Position numbers and translations under genes: made by a program
DNA from: Sphagnum compactum
Lineage: Eukaryota
Assembly: GCA_965153455.1 (NCBI GenBank)
Contig: OZ234493.1
Coordinates: forward strand, 6,014,001-6,078,000
Length of the DNA: 64,000 nt
Direction: 5' to 3'
The notes under the pieces: generated by a model
Databases searched by the model: none
Told to the model about the DNA's origin: nothing
The model's input: only the letters and a program-made list of their open reading frames with translations
In this document: piece after piece, positions 25,400-37,687 of the stretch
How positions within the stretch are numbered: position 1 is the stretch's first letter
Layout of the letters: every line of letters starts with the position of its first letter

Positions 25400-27870
25400 T
25401 CTACCAAAGATTTAAATATAATTTAAATTTGAACTATGTGACTTAAAAACAAATTGAAAGACCTTTGATGGTAGATTGTTCTATGTACATAAACATAACC
25501 ATTGATGTGCAAAATTTTCATCAACAAATTGTTATTGAAGGAAGTGTTTGTAGATAAATATTTAACATTTTATTAAACATTTTTGAAATTAACATTTGTA
25601 ATGTCCAAATCTATCAAAATATAAAAAAACCTTTAACCCATTTGCAAGTTTCATTATACTAAACCACCAATGAGATGTACAAAAATATTATTGTTCTAAA
25701 AGAAGAAAATTGCCCTGTAACCTTTCATCAAACAATCACTTGTATTTTCAAAACATTCATTAACATTAGGCGAAGATAAAAAACTTATTTTGATAAATTC
25801 ATAACAAATTTGCAATTAGACAAACAAACATATGTTCTTGCATTCAGATGTACTTAACATACAGAAAAAAAACTAATGACATACCAATGAATGTATTATC
25901 AAACAAATAAGAGTTTTATGGGAAGCAAATACATATGTTCAATTCATTTTGGATCCATATGTAGCTATGTTTTATCGCATTTTTTATTCAACAAAAGTAA
26001 ACATGATATTTAATCAAAAATTGTAATTAATATTACATAAATGTAAACATGAACAAACTAAAGCATATGAATACATTAAAAGACTAGGTAACACATTTCT
26101 AAATGCACAACAAATGTCCCTCCAATAAGCAATACATATAACATTATATATATCATTTTGTCACTCAGTGATATCATCCAATTTATATACACATCTGAAA
26201 ACACAATAGAACGTTTATATTGTTATAATATATTACAAAAGTTACCCCATATTTGAATAATATTCATTATAAATCATTGACCAACAAGTATGCACAATTA
26301 TTATTTTTGAAACAAACACCTAATAAAAAAAATCATTTTTTTAGTGAAAGATGAACTTCTAATTCTTGCCTTTTTTCATTTTAAATTGATTTTAATGCCC
26401 AATGAAATACATGGTCTACATTATGAACTATTACTCAAAAATATATATTAGTAGAATTATGTGTTGGTAATTACATAATATATAATTATTTCATAAATGG
26501 TGCAATGAAACCTTTTGAGATTACACATAATTGTTTTTCTAAACCAATAATATCGGTAGATTTTCAAAACCTCCAAATAGAATGAACACTATAATAAAAT
26601 ATTAACATACATATTAAAAACTTCCAACAATAAATTTAAAATGGACACCAATAGAATGAAAAATAACTAAAATTCAAGTGGCAACTTTCTCCATTTGATC
26701 ATAAGGATATAGTTGTAACACACGTTTTGCATTGCACACAAGGTTTAACTTTTGATCATTTAACATTTGATCTAATTAGTGTAACAAAACATGGTTTAAC
26801 ATATATTGCATTATATAGAATTCATTTTTAAAAAGATATATTAAAATTTCAAATAAATATATATTATATATGTAATTTAAAATTCATAATAAAATATTCA
26901 ATAGATTCTTTTAAAACTTATCCAATAAAAAAATTACTTTTATAATCTTTAAATGTTTTTAAAAAATACACGATGAAAATGTTTTGGTAGATCAAAATTT
27001 ACTTGCATCTCACATTCTTTGTCTAAATGAAATTAAAAAATATATATCTCAGTAAAAATCAATGAATTGATTGATTTTTATTGTGCAAATTCTTTAAGGT
27101 GTACCAAAATCTTGTCACAATGTCATCCTTTTCGGTTTTTTTTACCAAGTCATTTTTGACCATGTAAAGACACATTTATGGATGATTATGATGAAATTTA
27201 TAATTGTAGCAGTCTAAAATATAATCCTTTTGAAAATTTTGACAACTTTTGATTCATTATTTTTTATGAGGATCAAATATAAGTAAAAAAGGAATGCAAT
27301 AAAGACTAGGCCTTTTTTGTCATGTGTGATACACCTGAAAGGATTTTCACATGAATTTGTTATTCTGTCTTGTTATAATTAATGTGGAACAATGATACTT
27401 TACCAAAATTGTTTTCCTATTGGAATCATTTGTTATGAGAAGCCATCATGTTGAATTTATTTGCACAACTTTTAATAAAACTACACATGAAACATTACAT
27501 ATAATTACAAATTACAAACCACCAAAAAATGTCAATGCAACATTTTAATTCTACCTTAAATGCAATTTGATAATATCCCAACAAATTGTCCATCCATAAT
27601 AATTGGAGATTTTAATGTAAACATGTTAACCCAAACATTTGAATCAACAACATTACAAACCTTTATGGAGCAATATCATTTAAAACTCATATTCTTTGAA
27701 TCCACTACCATTTATGACACTCATTTTGTCACGTGTGGACTAATGCACCAAGACAACCATCTTCTTTTAGATCAACTACTCAAGCATATTGGATTAATCA
27801 TAGGCTTGTATATTTTGCATTTAAATCGCCGAACTTCATACCACAATTTGTTTCATGATCAAGTTTAATG
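25400..27870 (+). mobile_element. Highly decayed Helitron RepHel remnant with C-terminal apurinic-endonuclease domain (Helentron/Helitron2-like order)
   Basis: Rep-like ANTYVQFILDPYVAMFYRIFYSTK (~25925) and RLGNTFLNAQQMS (~26081). PIF1 helicase motifs V-VI HCTQGLTFDHLTFD...HGLTYIALYR (~26730-26820). EEP endonuclease motifs LLASHILCLNE (~27000) and CPSIIIGDFNVNML (~27590). Confidence 0.75.
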
Positions 27871-28842
27871 TATTTATCCAAATAAGGCCCACACCTTCTA
27901 GTGCCTTGTTTACTTAGGAATATTTGTTTCACGACCTTCTCACTATTGGTTGTTGTTTGCAATTATTACCTCTAATGGCCCAATGACTAAGGCAAACTTG
28001 CATGTAGAAGTTCAAGAAAATGAGCCATTTCCCATATGTCAATCTAATCGATTAGAGTTTCAATATTCCCTCCTTCAAAGCAATACAAAAATATCCAAGT
28101 TAATAGGTATAAAGGGCACGTTGAACTAATGCAAATTGCTAAGTTACTTGACCACACTTGATGTTTAAGGCTTCTAATTAACATCACTTAACAACAACAA
28201 AGTGAACCGATCCACTTTTATGAATGAAATATGGCCATTCATCATATGCACATATGTAATATTCCAAATGTCATTCACACATTGGGTGAAGTTAGAATAA
28301 ACAATTTTTATGCCCAAACGCTACACCAACAATACTTACCTTGAGAACCGTTGGTTATGTGACATAGGGTAAAAGATAGGTTATATAAGATTTAGTATGT
28401 TTTGATTTGCTATCATAAACACGCATGGGGCCTTAAGATTGATAACCGTCTGAGCTGAATTTTCCAATCATGTTGCTAGGTTATTAAAATTTGAAAATTC
28501 GATACCGAGATGATAGGTTATGTATTCGGTTTTTTTTCCCCTGCAATTAAAAATAAATAAATCAACAATCGAGTGATGGGTTATCAATAACTGGGTTGAT
28601 AGCTGAGTGTGTTTTCTCAATAACCGGCCAATACTCGGTTATCAACCCAGCGCCATTCCACGATGAACCGGTTATTTACCTGGAGACTGGTTGTTGGCTG
28701 TAACCGGCCATCTTTCCAGTGTTGGCACTCTGTGTCCGGTGATGGGCGAGAGTTTGTACACAAAATTTTGAAAATTTGATCCCCTTGTTATACCCTTTCC
28801 CCCCTTCTCTCTCTGTCCTTTCTTCTTCCCCGATTCCTCGAG

Positions 28843-28863
28843 TTTTAGGGTTAGGGTTTAGGG
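28843..28863 (+). promoter_or_regulatory. Telo-box / short interstitial telomere-type repeat in the NUP93 leader
   Basis: TTTAGGG TTAGGG TTTAGGG about 210 bp before the NUP93 ATG, next to a (CT)n tract at ~28915-28947. Confidence 0.6.
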
Positions 28864-28912
28864 TGCATTGTGGTGCGTTTGAGCTTTCCTCGCTCGCTTC
28901 AGTAATCTGGCT

Positions 28913-28951
<39 letters not shown>

Positions 28952-29071
28952 TTTTTTTGTTCCCGGGGGGTTTGGATTCGAGTTCGAAGCAAAAGAAAAG
29001 AAAAGACGAACGCCTCGGCGGCGGTGAAGGAAGTTGTCGTCTGGATCGTGGATATCCGGACAGTGGCAACG

Positions 29072-32000
29072 ATGGCAGGAGGAGACACAGATATGCGGAG
29101 CTGGGCGGACCTTCTGCACAACTCGTCTCAGCTTTTGCATTCCTACTCTCCCTCCGCGCCTCTCCCTCCCATACAGGTACCCTTCGCAAAAAAAATCCTT
29201 CCAAGATCGAATTGCAAGAGTCGCGAAAATAGTATGAGACAAAAGTTTATTTTGTTCTTTTTAATTGTCCTCCGTCCCCCCATCTCTTTATCTTTTTATT
29301 GTGGGTTTCCTTCTTTTTCTGCAGTTTTCTGGTCTCCCTCTCTTTTAGGATTTTTTGAGCTAGCCACTATCATGAGCTGGCGATCCCTGTACTGCCACTC
29401 TGGTAACAGAAATTCGGTACTATGTTGAGGTACCTCTACCCGTTGCTGGGAATTGATGAAGTTGGTGGGAATGTAGATGATCAATACCATAACATGGTGC
29501 TGTTGATCGTCCCTGAGCATGCAGATGACCGTTGCTGTTGTTCAAATTGCTCCTGAGTCTTGTTTTCTCTTGTATTAGGGTTGGATTTTGTGTCTTTCGT
29601 GGTGACTGGTTGTTTTCTGTTCTGTTGTCAGATTGGAAATATCCATAACCTTATTATTGGGTTGACTTAAAAATTGTAACTGTAGAGAGATTCTGAGTAC
29701 TTAAGAAGATGATGTGTTCCCAGCTCAAACTACTCATGAAGGCTTGTTTTGTTTGAACATACCATCACAAGTCTCAGTAGCTTAGCAGATAGGGCTCAAA
29801 TGGCCACTTTGCAAGATATGTTGATTCCATGTGCTATCTATATTCTTCCACTCTGCCACAATGGTAATTACTGGGTCAATTAGTGCTCCAGTCTTGCCAG
29901 GGACCTCCAACCTAAGAAGCTTTGTGCCTCCTTATGAGCCAGGTGCTGACCAAAGGCTTGCTTGAATTTTATTGACAGTTTGTCTTTGGTAGTCAATGAG
30001 TTCCAAGATTAGGGAGTGGCAAGCACTGTGTGAAGTACATGCTACTCCCACATGGCCCCATATAAGTACTATGTAACTTGGACCTTTTTTTAGGGTACAA
30101 ATTTTGTTTGGCAGTATGCAATCTCCTGTTTCTAAGAGAGTTTTGCTGTGACCTCAGTGGATAGCAGGCAAAGTAGCACTTCTAAGATTTGAGTAACTTT
30201 ACAAGGTTACACTTTTTTGCAGTGCTGAATTATGCCAATGGCTGTGCTGGTTGCAGAGGAGTCTTGAGCAGCTTGAAGTGCTGTCACGACAACTGAAGTC
30301 CCGTACCTCACGGTTTGAGACGCCAGGCGAGGCTATTGCTGCCACTCGGTAAATCCAATCAACAAAATCCATTGTATTGGAATTTGTTTGTGTTTTTTGG
30401 AAATTGTTGAAAGCTATGGCAGAGATCAGGAAGTCTGTTCTCAGTCTTCACAATGCAGTTGATGTACATGCAAGCAGAGGGCAGGTAGAATATACATAGA
30501 GTAATGAATCCAGCATTGTGTCATGACTGACTGCAGGCTTTTAGCTCGTGAAGGGATTAATGCCGACCAGCTTACACGTGACCTCAAATCTTTTGAGCTT
30601 AAGGTTTGATTCTCATGTTTGTTCCCTCAGCACAAGCCAATGTCATTGGTCCAAAACTATAGAGGGCCAGGTATGCGTAGCATTGGTTGTGAGTTGGATG
30701 CAGAGACCTGTTGTCTGTTGACAGTGTTCTGAAAATGAATAGATGTATGTGGCTGTGAAATTATGTATGTTATGTTTCACTTCCTGTTGCTTCTAGGAAT
30801 GCAGCAGGAACTCAGCATGCAAATGTTTGTACAATATTTTAGCTGAAATTATGGGTAGATTGTACTTATGTAGACCTACCATTGGGAACTGATGATGTCA
30901 GTGGGGAGTCATGGCAGCTTGTTAATTTTTATTCATGATCATGGTGATGGTCTGATACTTTGTGAGTGACGCTCATAAGGTCATGACCACACCCATTATT
31001 TTGTAAACTTCGAAGTTTTGTTGTGCAGTATTCTCTGCACTTTCGTAGATATGTTTAAATTAGTTGCTGTGTGGTATTGGTGTAGACCACATTTGAGGAT
31101 GTATTTCCAGTGGAGGCAACCCGTGTGGAGGAATATTTGCAGCAGGTCATTGTCTTTTCCTGGCCTTTTTGTCTGTGAAAGAGATATTCATTCACCAATT
31201 GCCTACTCTGCCAAAAGTGGGGATGTGCAAGGTCAAGTTGCTCTGTGCAGATGAAATAAAATGCAAAGAAAAGGCTGCAAGGTAGCATTGTTGATTGATT
31301 GCTAATAAATGTGCATTTAGTGAGGCCAGGTGCATGAAATGGTGATGCTCTCAGCAATCCAAGAAGCCAGTCGTGACAATCTCCGCAGCTTCGGTGATTA
31401 CATGCTGAAAGTATCAGAGGTCAGCATCTAACTCTGCCATAGAAAACCTGGGAAGGTTGCAATGTAGTTGAGAGCTCGGGAATGATGCTATAAAGATCTT
31501 TGGCCTATAGAACCATGAGAATAGCATTTGGAGCTTCTTATTCTTATGATGTGGTTGTGCTTTTACAGGATAACTGGCAGAAGGAAAAACTTGAATTTCT
31601 GAACAGCCTGAGTCGCTTACCTTATGCACCATCAGCAAATGGAGTAGGGTCAACTCCATCAGCAGGAGCAATTCAAGCTTATCGGGGACCTGCCACTGTT
31701 GCAACTCCCTCTAGAATGCTGCAGGATGGCCGTGGCTTGGAATCTTCTTCTACACAACTATCGATGGTCGAGAGGAAAGCTGCAGCCTATGCAAATGTTG
31801 TTATCAGATTAAATGAAGCACGAGAGCGGAGCCTTCCCTTTAAAGTAAGATTGTCAGTAAGATAGTCCCATTATTGCCTGTAACTTCTGGAGCACAATAC
31901 AGTGTAACTGACAATACCACCTCCACTCTTGATCTAGATCTGACATCAGAGTTGTGGATGAATGATGAAAGGTGGCAACATCAATGAGAGCAGCATATGA

Positions 32001-35000
32001 GAGTGTTGCAGGAGACACCACATCATCCAAGTCAGTAAGCATGGCTAAGATCTGGCAACTTCTGCAGGTGCATAGATACTCCACATTATGATGCTTATGT
32101 GAAACTGTGGCACTTTGTTACAGGTAGTTGATGTTAATGGGATCAATTCATTAGTAGTTTTGGCAAAAACATTCTTCAGTCTCTGTGCTTGAAGTCCAGA
32201 AGAGACCTACTAGTATTTGTAGCATACACATCAGGATTGCTGGAATCCATAATATCATTATGGAGCTTCAGTTTTTTGGTCTCTTTAAGCTGTCCTGCAT
32301 AGAAAATAACTTAAAGCTTCAACCATGGATCAGCTCATTTCAGCGCAGTTTGGTGCGATCACTCAGCTTCCAATCTCATAGCATAACCAAACCCACAAAC
32401 ACTCCAGTATATGAGATGAGCATGTCTAACCAAAGGGACATGCAATGTGCAAACCAGTCGCTTCTTGGGGAAGATGTGGACCAGACTTCTTCACTGTCAA
32501 AAAAATTGTCTATGATTGCGGGAGCAAGAAGACATCTGGAGGCTGGCCATGAAAAGTACATTTTGGACATCATTCAAAGTCATCCTGCACTGGTGATTCT
32601 TTCACCAATATTATCATTCTTTTATCTTGGGGTGGGCCCTTTTTTGTAAACATTTTTTATGAGCACTAATTACATTGTGACAGATCTGTCATGTCATAAG
32701 CAATGTGGGCCTGGACTTGTCTCCGAAATGGTTTGCAACTTTGCAACATAGTGGCACAAGGTTATTTAAACTTGCCTGGCTTGGGAGCAGGCAGCACTTG
32801 GAGGTTCGACAGGCAACCTACAACGAATACGGGCTTTTCTACGTGTAAGTTACATCCTGTTCCCACTATCCAAAACATTCATTACTCAAGTCTTTTGTTT
32901 ACTGTTGCTGCATTCAGAGCAGCATTCGCTATGTCAGTGACAGATCTATGCAGCTGATCAGAAGTGTGTATACTATAGGTTATAAGTCAGCTCACTTAGT
33001 TCCTAGTTGTGCTTTTCTTATTGCATTTGGGATTTGAGGGTGTTTGTTTGCATAGGTGCGGCTAAGGGACCAGGGAGCAATTCTTGATTTTGATGCAACA
33101 GACTTGCGGCGACAGCCTCCATTGGACACAACATGGCATCAGGTGGATGCTGTTGACCTCATTTTTTGTGTTCCAGTGTTTGCCAGTGATGACATTCAGT
33201 TCCAACTGATTAGTGGTAGTCCCATTGTTGACACGCTTCATTCTTGATGCACTATTTTCACATATAACAAACTTGGGGACCTCAAGTGGAATCCCATAAT
33301 CATGTGGGAGGGGGTCATGGCGGGTGGTGTTGACTGCAGATATATTACTGCTTACGCTCAGGTTATTATGATGAAGCAAACTTGGTTGCTCGGCAATCAA
33401 GGGTCAGCCGCACTTTTGCCCCACAGGTAGCTTTTTGTGATATTGCGAAAATTTACAGCAGTTTATGCAACTTTTCTGCTTGTTTGTCTACAGGGTCAAG
33501 TGTCTTGATCTGGAACATGAAGCAAGCAACCCATATTGGACAGAGTTTTGGTGATAGACCTTTATGCAGGTAGCTGTGAGGATGGATATTTGTATTATAT
33601 TTGCACAGTTTCGCAGCTCTGTTCCATGTTTGCACAGCTGTTTTTACTGAAGGTAAAAGGGTTGTGAACAGCTGGCCGAGTGGATTGCAAATAGAGGCTC
33701 AGTGTCACCAAGCACAGCAGCTGCAGTTGCAGAGGAGTGTGAACGCATGGTTCGCTCAGGAGATCGGGCAGGGCGACCAGGATATGATAAAAAGAAGATG
33801 CTTCTTCATTCTATTGTGTCCGGCAGCCGGGAACAAGCTGACCGCTTGCTTCGTGATATGCCAACACTATTCAGCACCATAGAGGACTTTCTCTGGTTTA
33901 GGCTGGCTATGATTCGGGACACTCCCTCACATACTCCCACTCAACAGGATGGGTCAACATCCTACACTCTTGAAGATCTACAAAAGTACTTGATCAAGTT
34001 TGAGCCATCCCACTACACAAAGAATGGGAGGGACCCACTGGTGTATCCATATGTGCTGCTTTTGAGCTTGCAGCTTCATGCTGCAGTTGCATATTTGATG
34101 AAGGAGGCCGGCAGTGAAGGCTTCCATGTTGACAGTGTGCACATTGCTATCACTGTGGCAGATCATGGGTCATTGTCTGAAGGAATAGGAGGTGCACAGA
34201 AGCTAGGGGCAATGGATTCTGTCTCAGAGATTGCCAGCATCATCCGACATTATGGGATATCATATGTGAGGCAGGGAAACTTGGCATTGGCTTTGGAGTA
34301 TAATGTGCAGGCAGCAGCAACTGTTGGTGGAGGGGCAGTTGCTTGGAGTGGCCACAGCAGTGCTGAGCAGAAACGTCAATACCATAATTTGTTGAAGCAG
34401 CTTATTACAGGTAAGAAAGTGATAAATCCAAAGTGTTTGCAAAAGTGACTACTGACTATGGAGATTGAATAGTCAGCTTCTCTTCGTTTCTGTTGTCTTC
34501 TATTCTCTATCTTTTTTTGATGAAGGTGGACCCAGGATATGACTAATTTTTGTGTGTGCTGATTGTGTTGTATGTTTCGCATTGTGAAGAACTTCTGTTG
34601 CGAGATGGAGGTTTTCAGCTATTGTTGGGTGCCAGTGGATCAGGCTCAGAGGGTGCTCTGCGCCGCTTTTTGCCTGATCCACAAAGCCAGCGAATGTTGC
34701 TGCTAGATGCGGCCCGACAGTGTCAGGAATCAGGGCTTTATGACAAAGTAGGTTCATGCTTCCTATTGTGTTCAGCACTCTTTTAGTTTGTCTTCTGTAA
34801 GCTCTGACACATTAATTCAGTTGACAGTTTTGACTGATTTCCTTATTTCTTTTTCAGGCCATAGAGCTGCTCAGAAGAACTGGAGAGTTTGCAGCAGCCC
34901 TAGAAACTGTGAATCAGTGCCTGTCAGAGGCAACTGCTGCCATGGCCAGTGGCCGAGCTGATGGTGACACCAAGTCGTCTGCACTTATACTGGCTGGCAA

Positions 35001-35874
35001 TGAGATTCTTGATACTTACAAAATTGTTGGAGGTGGAAGGTTGAGATCTTGACCTCTTATTTCCTCCTAACATGATCTATGTTTGTGGGCTCACATGTAT
35101 ACTTATGTTGACATGTATGCTCTGTATTGATGTGACTTGCAATTACCTTCTCTTCTTTGTGGCCAATATATGAGGTTAAAGCAGTGCACTCAGAGAATGA
35201 AAGATGATCACTCACTTGAAATCTGGGAATCATTTTTTGCAGTTTACAAGAATCAGACCGACTAACAGAACAGCGAACTGCATTCCGGCAGTTAGAGTCA
35301 ATTTTATCATTTCACAGATTCACCAGAATTGGGAGATACAGTGATGCGCTCCGAGAGCTGTCCAAGTTGGCTTTCCTGCCCTTGGATAATCGGACACCAG
35401 AGATCAGCGCAGAAGCATTGCGCCAAACTTCGCTATCTGTGCAGGTACAGTTTCTCTGTGTGCAACTTTATTTCCTGCAAGTACGGTTTGCCAACAAAGA
35501 AAAGTAGATGGGGGCAGGTAACTGACATTATCTGGCCCTCTTTGATTGTAGGCATGTGTGCCAGACCTTCTCAAAGAGGCACTTACCTGCTTGGACAGAG
35601 TAACTGACACTGATGGCACCATTCGTAACATTAAAACTAAGGTGATTATCAATCTTCCATTTCATGGATTTACATATCGCTGCACATGAAGTAAGCAAAG
35701 TCAACCATTCATCAATCTCCTTTACAGTAGTGTATCAAGTATGTAAAATCAACCACCCATTTTTCTGCAGCTGAATCTTGAAGCATGGTTTTGCAGATTG
35801 CAAACTTCATTGCAAATGCGCTTCCAAGGAATTTGCCTCAAGAAGTATACGAGAGAGTTGCAAGAATGATGTGA
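29072..35874 (+). CDS. NUP93: Nuclear pore complex protein NUP93/Nic96, 17 exons, about 865 aa
   Basis: Exons: 29072-29176, 30257-30348, 30537-30603, 31086-31145, 31330-31419, 31569-31844, 31972-32067, 32458-32592, 32791-32844, 33056-33142, 33340-33426, 33672-34410, 34590-34747, 34858-35039, 35243-35444, 35552-35641, 35797-35874 (2598 nt, GT-AG, in phase). Motifs WADLLHNSSQLL, IAATRLLAREGINADQLTRDLKSFELKTTFEDVFP, IYYCLRSG and TIEDFLWFRL match plant NUP93. Confidence 0.95.
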
Positions 35875-36287
35875 CAAAGGTTTGGGTTTATTGAAGGTTG
35901 TAGGTCTTAGGATAAGGGACCCAGTTTCGTCTTACAATCAAAACACGCAGGGCGGCAGGGCTTTATAGTTAGGAAAAAACCCAGACCACTTTATCATTAA
36001 TTGTGAAGTTTTGAGATGCAAGTGAAGTGATGCTTGTGCTGTATTTAAGTTCCCCGGAAATTAAACAACCAGTGCCACATGTATCCTTTGACAAAGCTGG
36101 GAAGGAAACCACAACGGGTCTTGACTTGATTGAAGTTCTATAAACATATAAATGTTCTAGGAACACCTAAGTAATAGTTTGAAAATGGTGCAAGAATCTC
36201 AGATTGCAGGACTATGCACAGAAGTGAAAAATGCAGCATTGCATTTGCACTCAGTGAAAAGAGATGTGTTGGTAATATTTATTGGCA

Positions 36288-36315
36288 ATATATATATATA
36301 TATATATATATATAT
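36288..36315. repeat. (TA)n microsatellite
   Basis: Direct inspection. Confidence 0.9.
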
Positions 36316-36533
36316 GACATATTCGCATAGTTTCTGACAGTGATTACTCACAGATTTCCAATGGAAAGCGCTCGTCCATTCAGTAAAGAATCAATTCCCT
36401 ATTTTAGTGGCTTGCATTAGGGTAGAACAACCAATGAGCGATCACTTAAGTGCTTAGGGTAGGCTGGATCCAAGGGGAGAGCTCTGTTGTTTCTAGTGTC
36501 CAAACAAAACTTGAATCGCTCCTGTTGATGCAT

Positions 36534-36674
36534 TAAAAATTGTCAAAATGGAATTAGAATTGAGAAAGTTATGGTCCCCCAAAGTAGAGGGGTCAAGAAC
36601 TCATAAAAATTGTCAAAATGGAATTAGAATTGAGAAAGTAATGGTACCCCAAAGTAGAGGGGGTCAAGAACTCA
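36534..36674 (+). repeat. Tandem duplication (2 x ~70 bp) at the head of an interspersed repeat extending to ~37020
   Basis: TAAAAATTGTCAAAATGGAATTAGAATTGAGAAAGT(T/A)ATGGT(C/A)CCCCAAAGTAGAGGGG(G)TCAAGAACTCA occurs twice. Confidence 0.9.
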
Positions 36675-37370
36675 AAAAAAACAAACCACCGAACACTACA
36701 AACCCCGTTCCTCATCACCAGAATTTTTTTTTAATATGTTACTCTGTTGCTATTAGAGTTCTAAGATGATTTGTAGAACTGAAGGTGGCACAAATATAGC
36801 ACTTTAAATTTGTTTAAATGAACAAGAAATGAGAAAGTTACAAGCTTTGAAAGTAGGAAAGGGTTCAAAGAGAAGAAAAAAAGAACGAAAAAACCATTTT
36901 GTGAGTTGCAAAGCTTATTTTTTCTTCTTGCTATTTTTTCATTACTCCTTTTCATTTGCACTTCAAAGATGATTTCTAAAGCTTAAAGTAGCACTCCCAG
37001 AACATTTTAAATCACTCAAAATGAAGCACTCACAGATGATGAACATCTAAAGAAGTGATCGATGATGATGATCGCGTAGTGATTGGTGATGGGCAGTTCT
37101 ACCCTAGGCTCCTGTGACAACAGCATGGAAGTAATTGTGATAACAACAACCTAATGGAAAGAAACCCTTAGTAGTCATGTGTAGCCGTTCCCTCCCAATG
37201 CAGATCAGAGAGCAGGTGCCTAAAAGATGCCCCCAGAAAAAGAAAGAAAAGTCTTCCATCTAGGGAACATCTGGACCGTCCGATGAGCGTTAGTTAGCTG
37301 AAGTTTTCAGTCCAGTGAAATGCGCCAAGAAAATGGGAAATGTGCAGATTTTATCACACTCCCTTGCTTG

Positions 37371-37512
37371 TCCAACCAATCACCGCACATCCCCGTGATC
37401 GTCCCAACCAATTACAGCACATCTCCGTTCTCGTCCAACCAATCACCGCACATCCCCGTTCTCGTCCAACCAATCACAGCGTCTGCTCGTGCTCTTCCAA
37501 CTAATCACCGTG
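37371..37512 (+). promoter_or_regulatory. Five-unit ~31-bp tandem repeat of CCAAT boxes about 180 bp upstream of the DUF179 ATG
   Basis: Unit TCCAACCAATCACMGCACATCCCCGTTCTCG. CCAAT at 37376, 37408, 37439 and 37470, and CTAAT at 37501. Confidence 0.7.
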
Positions 37513-37687
37513 CACGCCATGTCCTGTCGACCAGTGCTATTGTACGCCCGTCCTCGGTAACTGACTACCCGCCTGCCCGTCTCATCGGTACCCCTGCTCC
37601 TTCTTCCCTCTCTCTCTCTCTCTCTCTCGCTGTGTCCCGCGGCGCTTTGCAGTGGCTGTTTCCGCTGTCGCTGTTGTCATCGCAGCG

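Noticed and set aside
28676..29242. 188-aa minus ORF and other overlapping ORFs at the NUP93 5' end
   Set aside because: Antisense shadows of a GC-rich leader and (CT)n tract, giving an RE-repeat peptide.
30889..30956. Possible intronic C/D box snoRNA (TGATGA...CTGA) in NUP93 intron 3
   Set aside because: No terminal stem or recognisable rRNA antisense element, and such short motifs occur by chance.
37371..37512. CRISPR-like appearance of the regularly spaced CCAAT repeat
   Set aside because: The spacers are homologous to each other, so this is a tandem repeat. There are no cas genes and the context is eukaryotic.
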